Source: Mobula hypostoma
Taxonomy: Eukaryota
Direction of reading: 5' to 3'
NCBI RefSeq assembly: GCF_963921235.1
Contig: NC_086118.1
Location: 25,608,001-25,672,000 of the forward strand
Length of the DNA: 64,000 nt
Below are positions 37,285 through 50,659 of the stretch, one piece after another. Both the position numbers and the translations under genes were made by a program. The first letter of the stretch is position 1. Each line of letters begins with the position of its first letter. Below the pieces are notes generated by a model that did not search any database, was not told the origin of the DNA, and saw only the letters and a program-made list of their open reading frames with translations.

Positions 37285-40200
37285 CCAGTGAGAGTAGGAA
37301 TGCAATGAGGTGGAGGATAAATGCGTGGCTGAGGGATTGGAGCAGGGGTCAGGGATTCAAGTTTTTGAATCATTGGGACTTCTTTTGGCGCAGGTGTGAC
37401 CTGTACAAAAAGGACGGGTTACACTTGAATCCTAGGGGGACCAATATCCTGGCGCGGAGATTTGCGAGGGTTACTGAGGTGACTTTAAACTAGAATGGTT
37501 GGGGAGTGGGAATCAAATTAAAGAGACTAGGAGAGAGGAGGTTAGTTCACAACAGGGGGATGGGAATCAGTGCAGAGGGACAGAGGGGTGTAAAATTAGG
37601 GTAGAAGCAAAAAGTAGTAAGCTGAAAAGTATAAGTGGCAGGCCAGCAAATCCAGGGCAAAAATCCAAAAGGGCCACTTTTCGACATAATTGTATAAGGG
37701 CTAAGAGAGTTGTAAAAGTGAGCCTGAAGGCTTTGTGTGTCAATGCAAGGAGCATTCGTAACAAGGTGGATGAATTAAAAGTGCAGATTGTTATTAATGA
37801 ATATGATATAGTTGGGATCACAGAGACATGGCTCCAGGGTGACCAAGGATGGGAGCTCAACATTCAGGGATATTCAATATTCAGGAGGGATAGACATGAA
37901 AGAAAAGGAGGTGGGGTAGCATTGCTGGTTAGAAAGGAGATTAATGCAATAGAAAGGAAGGACATTAGCCGGGAGGATGTGGAATCGATATGGGTAGAGC
38001 TCCATAACACTAAGGGGCAGAAAGCGCTGGTGGGAGTTGTGGACAGGCCACCTAACAGTAGTAGTGAAGTTGGGGATGGTATTAAACAGGAAGTTAGAAA
38101 TGTGTGTAATAAAGGAGCAGCAGTTATAATGGGTGACTTCAATCTACATATAGATTGGGTGAACCAAATTGGTAAGGGTGCTGAGGAAGAGGATTTCTTG
38201 GAATGTATGAGGGATGGTTTTCTGAACCAACATGTCGAGGAACCAACTAGAGAGCAGGCTATTCTAGACTGGGTATTGAGCAATGAGGAAAGGTTAGTTA
38301 GCAATCTTGTCGTGAGAGGCCCCTTGGGTAAGAGTGACCATAATATGGTGGAATTCTTCATTAAGATGGAGAGTGACATAGTTAATTCAGAAACAAAGGT
38401 TCTGAACTTAAAGAAGGGTAACTTTGAAGGTATGAGATGTGAATTAGCTAAGATAGACTGGCAAATGACACTTAAAGGGTTGACGGTGGATATGCAATGG
38501 CAAGCATTTAAAGATTACATGGATGAACTACAACAATTGTTCATTCCAGTTTGGCAAAAGAATAAATCAAGGAAGGTAGTGCACCCGTGGCTAACAAGGG
38601 AAATTAGGGTAGCATCAATTCCAAAAAAGAAGCATACAAATTAGCCAGAAAAAGTGGCTCACCTGAGGACTGGGAGAAATTCAGAGTCCAGCAGAGGAGG
38701 ACAAAGGGCTTAATTAGGAAGGGGAAAAAAGATTATGAGAGAAAACTGGCAGGGAATGTAAAAACTGACTGTAAAAGCTTTTATAGATATGTGAAAAGAA
38801 AAAGATTGGTTAAGACAAATGTAGGTCCCCTACAGACAGAAACAGGTGAATTGATTATGGGGAGCAAGGACATGGCAGACGAATTGAATAACTATTTTGG
38901 TTCTGTCTTCACTAAGGAGGACGTAAATAATCTTCCGGATATAGTAGGGGACAGAGGGTCCAGTGAGATGGAGGAACTGAGGGAAATACATTTTAGTAGG
39001 GAAGTGGTGTTAGGTAAATTGAAGGGATTAAAGGCAGATAAATCCCCAGGGCCAGATGGTCTGCATCCCAGAGTGCTTAAAGAAGTAGCCCAAGAAATAA
39101 TGGATGCATTAGTGATAATTTTTCAAAACTTTTTAGATTCTGGACTAGTTCCTGAGGATTGGAGGGTGGCTAATGTAACCCCACTTTTTAAAAAAGGAGG
39201 GAGAGAGAAACCGGGGAATTATAGACCGGTTAGCCTAACATCGGTGGTGGGGAAAATGCTAGAGTCAGTTATCAAAGATGTGATAACAGCACATTTGGAA
39301 AGCAGTGAAATCATCGGACAAAGTCAGCATGGATTTGTGAAAGGAAAATCATGTCTGACGAATCTCATAGAATTTTTTGAGGATGTAACTAGTAGAGTGG
39401 ATATGGGAGAACCAGTGGATGTGGTATATTTGGATTTTCAAAGGGCTTTTGACAAGGTCCCACACAGGAGATTAGTGTGCAAACTTAAAGCACACGGTAT
39501 TGGGGGTAAGGTATTGATGTGGATGGAGAATTGGTTGGCAGACAGGAAGCAAAGAGTGGGAATAAACGGGACCTTTTCAGAATGGCAGGCTGTGACTAGT
39601 GGGGTACCGCAAGGCTCAGTGCTGGGACCCCAGTCGTTCACAATATATATTAATGACTTAGATGAAGGAATTAAATGCAGCATCTCCAAGTTTGCAGATG
39701 ACACGAAGCTGGGTGGCAGTGTTAGCAGTGAGGAGGATGCTAAGAGGATGCAGGGTGACTTGGATAGGTTAGGTGAGTGGGCAAATTCATGGCAGATGCA
39801 ATTTAATGTGGATAAATGTGAGGTTATCCACTTTGGTGGCAAAAACAGGAAAACAGATTATTATCTGAATGGTGGCCGATTAGGAAAAGGGGAGGTGCAA
39901 CGAGACCTGGGTATCATTATACATTGGTCATTGAAAGTGGGCATGCAGGTACAGCAGGCGGTGAAAAAGACGAACGGTATGCTGGCATTCATAGCAAGAG
40001 GATTCGAGTATAGGAGCAGGGAGGTACTACTGCAGTTGTACAAGGCCTTGGTGAGACCACACCTGGAGTATTGTGTGCAGTTTTGGTCCCCTAATCTGAG
40101 GAAAGACATCCTTGCCATAGAGGGAGTATAAAGAAGGTTCACCGGATTGATTCCTGGGATGGCAGACTTTCATATGATGAAAGACTGGATCAACTAGGCT

Positions 40201-40620
40201 TATACTCGTTGGAATTTAGAAGATTGAGGGGGGATCTTATTGAAACATTTAAAATCCTAAAGGGATTGGACAGGCTAGATGCAGGAAGATTGTTCCCGAT
40301 GTTGGGGAAGTCCAGAATGAGGGGTCACAGTTTGAGGATAAAGGGGAAGCCTTTTAGGACCGAGATTAGGAAAAACTTCTTCACACAGAGAGTGGTGAGT
40401 CTGTGGAATTCTCTGCCACAGGAAACAGCTGAGGCAAGTTCATTGGCTATATTTAAGAGGGAGTTAGATATGGCCCTTGTGACTAAAGGGATCGGGGGTA
40501 TGGAGAGAAGGCTGGTACAGGGTTCTGAGTTGGATGATCAGCCATGATCATACTGAATGGCGGTGCAGGCTCGAAGGGCCGAATGGCCTACTCCTGCACC
40601 TATTTTCTATGTTTTCTATG
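37285..40620 (+). mobile_element. Young CR1-type LINE: ORF1 esterase C-terminus plus nearly intact ORF2 (APE endonuclease and RT)
   Basis: ORF1 WDFFW...KKDGLHLNPRGTNIL; ORF2 pieces of 381, 446 and 112 aa with VNARSI, ITETWL, GDFN, SDHN, YLDFQRAFDKV, SGVPQGSVLGP, FADD; (TTCTATG)-type tail at about 40605-40620. Confidence 0.96.
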
Positions 40621-42299
40621 TAGCCAACCCTATCCCCTACAAGGGTGTAGCCACTACACCCTTACATTTCATGTTGCTTTGTCCAGCAAGAAAACAGAAG
40701 TAGAGTTAATGAGGGTCATTTCATGTACTTATGTGATTTGCTTGTCTGGCAATGTTTACAGACTGTTAAATGGGTCTGTAGTGGATCCAACCAGAAGTCT
40801 GTGAGCCTGTTAAATTCATTTGGGGATTGCACAGTCGTTATGGAAGTAATTAAGGGAAAGGTGAGTTGCTTTTTTCAAACTATTTTGGTTTCATATTTTG
40901 ATTGTTTAATTAAGTTTTCACAGTTAATTTTGCATTCATGAAGCATGAAGTTGTGAATATCAGGTTATACAGGCATTTAAAAATACTCGCAGCTTTGATA
41001 GAGAAGCTTTGGGACTGAGAATTCTTCAGTCCACTATTAGATACTCAGCCACACCAGCCATGCAACTGAAGTCGGGATGTCTGGGACACTCTGGGCCAAG
41101 AAGGGAATGGTAAACTGGGATGTGGAGAGTATGCTGATAATGATCGGAGCAGCAGGCTCCATGCCAGAAGATCTGATCTATTACATCCAAGGTCATTGGG
41201 GAGGAGGGGAAAACTGGAGATACAGAGAGGGCTTGCAAAAGTGGACCAATCAAGAGAGGTCATGATGAAGATTGTGCTATTGAAATGAAGGAAAAGAAGG
41301 AGCCAGTTAAAATATATTAAAAAAATACATGATATAAAAGTGAAGTTGAATAATCAGTAGATTAGCAAGAAGTATTGCAGGGGAATGATGTTAGACATAA
41401 TGGGCACAGTGAATGCAAAGAAGATTTAAGATGCGATAGTAAAAAAAATAAGAATGAAACAAGAATAAAACATGGGCCCAGAGTGAAGTTGTGGAGAGCC
41501 GGAAGTAACACAGGATGAGAGGAGTTGGCTTCATAGATGGGAAGACCCAAAGACATTTGATATTAATAATTATATAATCCAGGAATTTTTGTTTCATATA
41601 ACTAAATATGAATTTTTCAGATTCATATTCAAGGACAAAAATGGGCCTACTGGATAAGAGCTTACAGTCATGTACAAATTATGTTATTTCAGGTTTAAAT
41701 TCAGTTAACTTAATGAGCTGAGATAGCAAACTAGAATTATAGGTAAAATTCCAGCCACTTACTTAGGAAAGGAAATCAAGGACCCTTATTTGGCTACTAA
41801 GACAATGCAACTAAAAATAAAACAGGATGGACTATACTTGGGAAAAGCAATTCAGACATAACTAAGGAACAATCAGCCAGTTGGGGATCTACCAAAGTGG
41901 TTCTGTTCCTAAGTTTAGAGAACTATCATATAGACCAGACAAACAATTAGCTAATCCACTCATTCTCAAAAATAACAAGTTTCATCCTTGCCACTGATTC
42001 TTCCTTTAAATGCCATTATTTTCAGCTGGAAAGCCAGACTTACCTGAGGAGGAAAACAGTTATATAAGGTCAGGTGGGATTAATTAATTGTCTCCAGGAA
42101 ATGCAAGTAAAGTTATTTTTTACCGTACCCATTTAGAATTCTGGCTTGTCCATGTAGTCATGCCTGTGCAAAGAATTAGACAACATGTATCTACATTTGT
42201 GTGGCTGGGAAACTGTGCAGTAAAGGCAGATTGTGATCTAAATTTAAAACAAATAAAATCTAATGCACCAGAATCTGTGCAGAAGAGAACCAAAAGTCA

Positions 42300-44465
42300 G
42301 ACCTGCTCCCTCTGACACCTCCCACCTAATAGAATTCACCTGCAGCCATTTTAAGCCCAGTTCTAATCCACAATCCTTCTTCACTCATCAAATCAGCCAG
42401 CCTTAACCATTGCTCCTAGCTTTCACACTTTCTGTTTACCTGGTTGCCTGGTCAAAGATGGGAGGGTAAAGTGTAGGTTTGTGTGTGTGTACGCGCGCGT
42501 AATTGCGTGAAGGGATTTAGAATATATGTCTAGTGCACATTCCGAAGCAGAGGGTGGCGGTAATGCACCATTAAGCTGGATGCCAACCGCCGTAAAACAA
42601 GATACAGACAGTTGTGTTTAGTTTCTGTTCTCTCTCTTTTTGTAGCCCCTCAATGCTAGTTATTTTGCGGTCTATTATTAAAGCTATTGTTCACTGCTGA
42701 ATTATCTCTGCTGCTCTGCTTTTTGGTCAAGTCTCCTCTACATTTCCTGGCAGGATGAGTAAACCAACGATTGACCCAGCAGAGAATACTCGCCCGAAGG
42801 AAGTTGTCCACTGACATAAGCACATGATCCAGAAGCAGCAGGAAAACATTGACCAGATGTCCTCCTCTTTCATCCAACTCTCTGATTTGGTGCAATAACT
42901 CTGCAGCCTCCTCTCTCTGAGACCCAGATTCCTGTGCCCAAAAGCTTTGATTGATCTCCAGCCCAAAACTGCAACTTCCCGTACCAGTGCGTCTTACACT
43001 TTGGGCTCCAGCCACCTCTGCATTTTACAGACCAGGCCAAGGTGGCCTTCCTCATCTCTGCCTTGACTGATCAGGTTCTGACCCAGGCCATCACTAATTG
43101 AGACAATAAAGCCACCATTTTCAACAAATATGAGGACTTCGCTGCTGAGGTACACTGTGTTTTTGACCACTTGGGAAGTGGAAGAGGGGCAGTGGATATG
43201 ATACTTTGCCTACATTGAGGCTCACGCTCTGTGCTGGACTACACTGGGAGTTCAGGGCCCTCGCGACTGAGTGTGGCTGGAATACCAGAGCACTGCTGGC
43301 CCACGACCATCATGGCCTCTCAAAGAGCCCAGGAGATGCCCACTGCCCTCAAAAGTCTCACCACTCTCATTCTCCATACTGATCAGCGTCTTGCAGAACA
43401 GCCCTCCAGGTCATCACCAATGCCCCCAGAACACAAGCAGTTAGAGACAAGCCCCTCCCAAGAGCACGAGCATCAGTGGAGAAGTAGCGTGTGCATCTAC
43501 TGCAGAGCAGCCGACCGCCATCACATCAGATGCCCACTGCGCCTGGAAAAAGGGTGCTTTTGGGTAGAGATGAGTGCCCTCTTATTTAGCAGGCTCTTCC
43601 CAGTTCCTCGTTCCAGCACCATAGACAGTCTCAGTCTCTCTGTCCTCTGCACTCTGTCAGCCCCACGTGTGCAGGAGGCTCTAGTGGATTCCGGACCAGC
43701 AGACAACCTTCTGGCTCAGACTCTGTGCGTGCAGCTTTGACTCCGTACCAAACCTGCCTCTCACCTCTTCAACATCACAACCATTGACCGAAGTCCCTTA
43801 GGGTGTGGGGCAGTGAGAGTGCGCACAAAGCTTGTGCACGTGAGCATTGGAGAGCACCGTGGGTCCATCCAATTCCTCCTGATTGACTCATCCAACACTC
43901 CTCTCATCCTGTGTGACCCCTGGCCCTCCACTCACAACCCTCACTTAGCTTAGTTATTCAGTTGACGACTGAATCGGGACCCACCTGCTGGCAATCTCAC
44001 TCTGTCAATCCGTGGAGATGGAGGAAATCCTCGACCTCGCCAAACTCCCACAAGAATACCACACCTTAGCTATTGCCTTCAGTAAAAGGGAAGCCAGTAC
44101 CCCCTCCTCTGCCTCACAGACCACACGACTGCGTGATCAACCTCCTCCCGGGCAACAATTCTCCTCAAAGCTGTCTGTTCTCCCTCCTTCCTCCTGAAAC
44201 CCAAACCATGAATGAATGTATTGCCGATGTGCCACAGCTCAGCTTCTTTCTTGCACCCCAGTCCCTAGCCAGTACAGGGCTTTTCTTTGTCAGAAAGACC
44301 GATGTGGGTCTTTGTCCCAGCACTAACTATGGTGGACTCAACAAAATTTCCATGAAGAAATGCTACCCTCTGCCCTTAACGGATAGCACATTTGAAACAT
44401 TCTGAGCTGCCCTGATCTTCACCAAGCTGTATCTATGGCATGTGTACAAACTGTTCCACATCCAA
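42300..44465 (+). mobile_element. Decayed Ty3/Gypsy LTR retrotransposon, sushi-like (probable LTR remnant, gag, protease, RT N-terminus)
   Basis: Gag DQAKVAFLISALT at 43030, zinc knuckle CIYCRAADRHHIRCP, protease ALVDSG, RT LPHRPHDCVINLLPG and FFVRK...NYGGLNK...YPLPL; many stops; truncated at a PLE insertion. Confidence 0.85.
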
Positions 44466-45192
44466 GCAACACATACAAAATGCTGGAGGAACTCAGCAAG
44501 CCAGACAGCACCTATGAAAAAGAGGGAACAGTTAACGTTTTGGGCCGAGACCCTTCATCAGGACTCTATCTGCAAAAAGCAGGATTTCCCAGTAGCCAAC
44601 CATTTTAATTCAAATCCCCATTCCCATTCCAACATGTCAGTCAATGGCCTCCTCTACTACCGCGATGAGGCCACTCTCAGGATGGAGGAGCAACACCTCA
44701 TTCTATTGTGGTAGCCTCCACACGATGGCATGATCATTGATTTCTCCAACTTCTGGTAATACTTCCCCTCCCCTTCCCTCTTCATCAATTCTCCACTCTG
44801 GCTCATACCTCTTCTCTTCTCCTCACCTGACTATCGCCACCCTCTGGTGCCCCTTCTCCTTCCCTTTTTCCCATGGTCCACTCTCCTCTCCAATCAGACT
44901 CCTTCTCCAGCCCCTTACTTTTTCCACCTATCACGTTCCAGCTTCTTCCTTCAACACCCTCCCCTCCCCCCACCCACCTGGCTTCACCTATCACCTTTTA
45001 GCTTGTATTCTTTCCCTTCCTTCAACATTCTTATTCTGGCTTCTCCACTCTTCCTTTCCAGTCCTAATGAGGGGTCTCGGACTGAAATATTGACTGTTTA
45101 TTCATTTCCATAGACATTGTCTGACCTGCTGAGTTCCTCCAGTGTTTTGTGTGTGTTGCGTTGGATTTCCAGCATCTGCAGAACCTCTTGTG
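44466..45192 (+). mobile_element. Non-autonomous Penelope-like insertion with inverted 5' and direct 3' terminal repeats
   Basis: 5' arm CACATACAAAATGCTGGAGGAACTCAGCA...CCCTTCATCAGGACT is the inverse of 3' arm AGTCCTAATGAGGGG...CTGCTGAGTTCCTCCAGTGTTTTGTGTGTG; internal FPVANHFNS...LRMEEQHL. Confidence 0.88.
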
Positions 45193-46759
45193 GCCATTAG
45201 ATGCTCATCAGTGTGCAGAGCTCAGGTCATAACACATGGTGGTAGGAAAATGGGGTATCATAATGTCAGCCTCTACATCAGCCTCAGATAGAGGCCAACA
45301 CTATGATACCCCATTTACTTGTGCTGTTCAAGACTCTCTTGTGCAATCAGCAGAGGTTCAGTCACTAACTTGTTATAACAGCAGGTACAGAGGAAACGCA
45401 TCCTGCCGCTGTAACCGATGATTTCACTCATTTCTGGTCACCTGACTTTAGGAAAGATACGAAGGTCCCAAAGGGTGTGTATAGACGATTTCCTAGAACA
45501 GTTCCAGGGATACCGGATTCCAGCTGTAAGGGTTGATTTTCCTTGGAGCAAAGGAGTTTGAGCAGAGATTTGAAAGATCTGGGCATGATTATGACTAGTT
45601 TAGATAGGGCAGAGGAGGTAAATTGTTTCCAATTGCATGCAATTCAACGACAAGAGAAAACAATATAAAACTTTGGGAAAATGTGTAAGAGGATTGTAAG
45701 GAAAAGTTTTTTTGTGTTGCAGAGTGCTTATGAGCTTTATTCAATAGTTGTTAAGTGAAGTGAAGACATCCCCAAGCAAATTGCATAGGCCAATAAGAAA
45801 GAGTAAATTAGAGTGCTGTTTCATAAAAAAAACGTTGAAATCAGGACAAGCAAGATTGGTCAAATAGGAGCCGGCAAAGAAATAATGAATGTCGCCTCTG
45901 TCATAGTAATTCTATTTTGTCAAGATGAGCTCACAGGGATCCAGTGAGACAGTTCTTCATTGATTGGCATCATAACTAGCATTGAGAAAGATGGTCATAG
46001 TTGATGATCTTTTGTTCATAGTTCATCTTCTTTTGTCCCAGGACTTTGCTACAGGAGTTAATCGAGTCATTGTCCTTTTGCCTAATCACTTTTATAGGCT
46101 TCATCAATGAGCACTGCAAGTTCAAAAGTGGGCTGAACCGACTTCAGATGCATATACAACATCTTAAATAGTGAACTGTTTTATCTCAATAACGATTACT
46201 GCATTTTGTATTATGATAACGATGTACTGGAATAATTTTCCAGGTTTCTTTGACAGCAACCTCCAAGCCTCTCTCTTCTGGAAGAGCAGGTACATGAGGA
46301 AGTTTGCTCCAGCTCATATACCAACGTTTCGTGGAAATATATTTTTGTTCCCACAGCACTGCCAGGCTAAAATCCTAGAAAACTATACATCAGGATGAAC
46401 ACCCAGGTCACAGGATTGCAGCAACTGAAGAATGGTGTTAACTATCACCTTCTCAGAGGCATATAGGATCGGGCATTATGTACTGAACTTCTTGGTAAAG
46501 TTCAACTCTCAAGACTGGCAAACAAAATCTAAAAATATTGTTCAATGGTGACCTCTGGTGGGCTTTTAAAATAAAGTTATTTTAATGTTAAAATTCAAAG
46601 TATAGTAGTGGTTAGGTATTAATACACTTTAAAGATAATAACGTTAAGTATATATGAATTATTACAACGTTGGCTTTGGTGAAAATTAATGGAGTAGATG
46701 TGTAAATTTTGGGGATTATAGAAGCCAGCTTCCCATTTATGGATTCTTGTCTATACTTC

Positions 46760-47105
46760 TCGCTGTCTCAGTAAAGTAGCCAACATAATCAAAGACCCCA
46801 CCCACCCGGACTTTTTCTCACCTCCCCTCTTCTATTGGGCAGAAAACTCACAAATCTGAAAGCACATACCACCAGGCTCCTGGACAGCTTCTATCCTGCT
46901 ATTATAAGACTACTGTACGATCCCCTAATGTGACAAGATGGACTCTCTATCTCACAATCTCCTTTATTATGGCCCTAAATCATTGCTTGCCTGCATACTC
47001 TTCTCTGTAACCATATCAATTTATTCTGCAATCCCTTGTACTGCCTCAATGATTAGTTTTCCCTGTACCTCAGTACATGTAACAATAATAAATTAATTTA
47101 CCAAT
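46760..47105 (+). mobile_element. Rex1/Babar-like LINE 3' end
   Basis: ATAATCAAAGACCCCACCCACCC (IIKDPTHP), CCACCAGGCTC...CAGCTTCTATCC, ending AATAAAATTAATTTACCAAT. Confidence 0.55.
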
Positions 47106-47404
47106 TAACTTATTGTAAAAACAATATGTTTCAACAGTAGGGAGAAAGTAATGGTGGAACTAAATAGTTCATAATTGCAGGTCCTTCCAATTTCAGGTGA
47201 CTAAGATGTAGTAAATTATACAATGTGGAGTAAATAATGAGGTTAGGGTTAGTGCACTGGGAAGCAGAGGCCAGCTACATCTTGTTGTCTTGGTGTGCAA
47301 TCTGTAGTGCAATGAATTCTTTTGGCTCACCAGTACACACTGAACTGTAATAGGGTCCCATAGTCTTCCTGGTCTCTACAAACTAATGATATCTCTAACA
47401 TGAG

Positions 47405-47580
47405 AAGGTCTGCAGATGCTGGAAATCCAAAGCAATGCACACTAAATGTTGGAGGAGCTCAGCAAGTAGGCACCATCAATGGAAAAGAGTAAACAGTTGA
47501 CGTTTCAGGCTGAGATCCTTCTTAAGGACTAAGGGGGGGTGTGTGGAAGATGATAGAATAAAAATGGTGGAGAGAGGGGA
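47405..47580 (-). mobile_element. Penelope terminal-repeat fragment with hammerhead relic
   Basis: CTGCAGATGCTGGAAATCCA... followed by the minus-strand motif AGTCCTTAAGAAGGATCTCAGCCTGAAACGTCAACT. Confidence 0.75.
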
Positions 47581-48564
47581 AAAAGGCTAGCTCATCTGGT
47601 GTCATCCAAAGTATACTTTTGTTTATTCTATAAGAACAATTCATCCCAGAATAAGCTCTCAACTAATGCACAGGTTCGTTGCTGAATCTCGGCCAGTGAG
47701 CCAAGAGACACCAGATTATCAGAGGTATATAAAATTGGCACTTATCAGATATTATTTTGAACAAATACAAATATAATGAGGACCATTATTGGTCACTGGA
47801 AATAAATCTGAATTTGGTAGATGTTTACAAAAGAAGGAAAAAAAAATCACTGCTGTTTTACCGGTGGCAACGGCCTATTTAAATTATTATCAGAAGGTGG
47901 CAGCATTTGTTTTTTTTTCTTTCTTTAAGGGTATTAATTCACTAAGAATTACTTACGTCCAAAATAACAGTAAATTAAGAGTAAAAGTCTACAGTATTTT
48001 TGGAAAGGGCCGAATGGCTAGGAGATGGTGTGGGATGAAGGGGCAACTTGTTATCCTGATATAATTTATGTGCTGGTTTGTTTGTCAAACAAAGTGAAGT
48101 TTGGTAGGATTCAAGTTTTATCTTCCAAGTCATGATCTGTAGTTAACTATAATTTCATGATCATATTTTAGAATTCCTTATTTTTTAGAGAATTGTAAAA
48201 TATTGCACACTACATAATTAATGGAACAAATAGGATTTTATAACTCTTTTCATTGTGTGACCTAATTCCTTTAGGCAAAATGCTAGATATATCTTAAACT
48301 TTTCCTAAATTTGTAAAGGAGAAAATGGTTTGTGACTTGCTTTCCAGGATTGATGGTATGCTATGAATATTGAATTCACTCAAACCTTTTCCACTTTGTC
48401 AGAGGAACAATTCACTTGGAAATGAGACTATATTTGTGCATTGTATTTCTCTGTCTTAATTATTAGATAAACTGAACTGGCCTTGGTTCTGAACTGGCTC
48501 TTGGTTATGAAAAGAACATTAAAGGATCAGCAAATCCTGAACAAATTAGACACAGGCACACATG

Positions 48565-48952
48565 TATCATGATATGCGCTGGCAACGTCAGAACCCAAGT
48601 GCAGAAGAAACACAGACTCCAATGTAGAGATGACAACCAGAGTTATTTATAAGCTTTCCAAGAAAACATTGGTGCCTTGGTCAAGCAACACCACGAAACG
48701 CAACATTCACAAGACTAGCACCACAATTAGCACTAATCGGGCATTTGCTTAAATAATACAAGTAACATGGAATATTCAGGCCTATCAAAATAAACTTAAC
48801 ATGTTTAAATAGAAAGCACCAGGAGACTGCATTACAAAGAGTGAGTTCAAAAAAACACAAGGAAATCTAAATGATTAACACCTTTTATTAAACAACAATT
48901 AACCAGTTCTGGTGCTCTTAAAAACCTCACACAGGCCTGAAGAATTTGTTAC
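48565..48952 (-). mobile_element. Possible decayed solo LTR
   Basis: Minus-strand TCTGCACTTGGGTTC near one end resembles TGCATTTGGGTCC at the 3' end of the 51.3-53.1 kb LTR; the other end reads TGTTACA. Confidence 0.3.
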
Positions 48953-50183
48953 ATATATGACATACATGGGCTTGCTGTTTGGACTGAGTGGCAGAAACCA
49001 CAGCATTTCTGCAACCATAAACTCAGGCTTTTAGAAAGCTATCTCTCCAATCTTGTGGTGTTGCTTTAGAGACTGTATAGTTTTCAATGAGGAATCTTGA
49101 CCTAAATAATTGGAAGGATCGTGTAAATATTTTAAGGTTTTAATTCCATATTATGTTTTCACTGTCTGTGAGGATTTATGTCTGTTGTTAATTGACATAA
49201 TTATGAATTTTTAAAGCATTTCAATACTTTAAAAGAGCATGAATGTGGCAGACTAGATATAGCATGATATGTGCCTTTTTCCCACAACGTAGCTGCTGTA
49301 TATTTAATATTTCAGGAATACTTGAGTAATATTGTACATTTGTAAATATATTGATTAAACATTCACTGTTGTTTACATAATTCATTGAAGGTTGTATGTA
49401 AATTACATGAGTGGCATACCTCATTACGCTACCATGTCATATGTGCGTGCCTCACTAAAGTAAAAATGATGTGTATATGTTCCACTGGGCTCCCCTGTTT
49501 TTCTTTCAATGTTTTGGAGTTATATAACAGTGACAACTACTAAGTTTTAAAATGAACCCAAGATAACTACCTACCTGTTGAAATGCAGCAAGACGGTTGA
49601 GTTAAAAAAAAAGACGCAGCACGTTATTTCTTCAAGTTAACAAAAAAAGGCAGCAAATGGACAAAATTCTGGGTTCATAAACACTGTGATAATAATCATG
49701 AATAAAAAAAAGCAGAAATGGCTGGCTACTTCAGAAAGATAGACGTTCTATTGCACAAAAGATAACTGAATGATGTATACTGAACAGATTGAGTTGTATT
49801 TTAAATCAAATTGCTGAGTGCAGTAGCTGGAAAAGCATACATTTTGCTTAGAAGCTTAACTTCTCCAACCACACCAGCCAAAATCAGTTTTACTGTTATT
49901 GTGAACATAATGTGGGAAGATTTGGAACCAAAACAATTGTTGACGGCAGATCATTTTAGGTTTCATAAGTGGAACCAAAAGGCAGGCAAGCTCATTTCAG
50001 CTAACGTGGCTGAATTGAAGAAATTGTCTCAGCATTGCCAGTGATTAATGATGCACTGAGAGTTAATTTAGTTTGGAGGAATCATACAAGAAAATATTCA
50101 AAAACAGCTCCTAACTGAAGCACAATCCACATTGAAAACAGCAGTTGAAATTGCTGTATCAATGGAAATGGCAGAGAGAAAGC

Positions 50184-50187
50184 AACA

Positions 50188-50227
<40 letters not shown>
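50184..50227. repeat. (CA)n microsatellite inside the Gypsy gag region
   Basis: About 20 CA units with one TA interruption. Confidence 0.95.
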
Positions 50228-50231
<4 letters not shown>

Positions 50232-50659
50232 ATTGAGTTGCAGTCAGGAATGAAAGTGAGTGTAGACAAAACTGTAACATTGAAATAGAAACCTGACTGG
50301 CCAAACAAATTGTGTTACCATTGTGGTAGAGGCTCATATGCACCAGATCTATGTAGGTTTAAAGGCAAAACTTGCAGAAAGTGCAACAAAGTAGACATAT
50401 ATAAAGAGCATGTCAGGCAGACAAAATGAAATGGACAGCAGAAGAAAGAGTAAAAAATAAATAGTCAAGTTGCAGGTTCAAAAAGAGCTGTTGATGAAAA
50501 ATATGGTAATGATGAGAGTGACACAGGACAGAGTAGCCTTGAGATTTAAATGTGAAAACTAACAAGAGACAAGCAATATGCCTTAAACCAGAAGTGAGCG
50601 ACAAGGTAATTAAAATGGATTGGATACTGGCATGTCTGTTTCAGTCGTTTTACATAATG

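Noticed and set aside
37567..40142. Long antisense ORFs opposite CR1 ORF2
   Set aside because: Shadow frames of the LINE coding strand; no independent evidence.
42750..44405. Domesticated sushi-derived gene (PEG10/RTL-like)
   Set aside because: Gag, protease and RT are broken by multiple stops and frameshifts; consistent with a dead retrotransposon.
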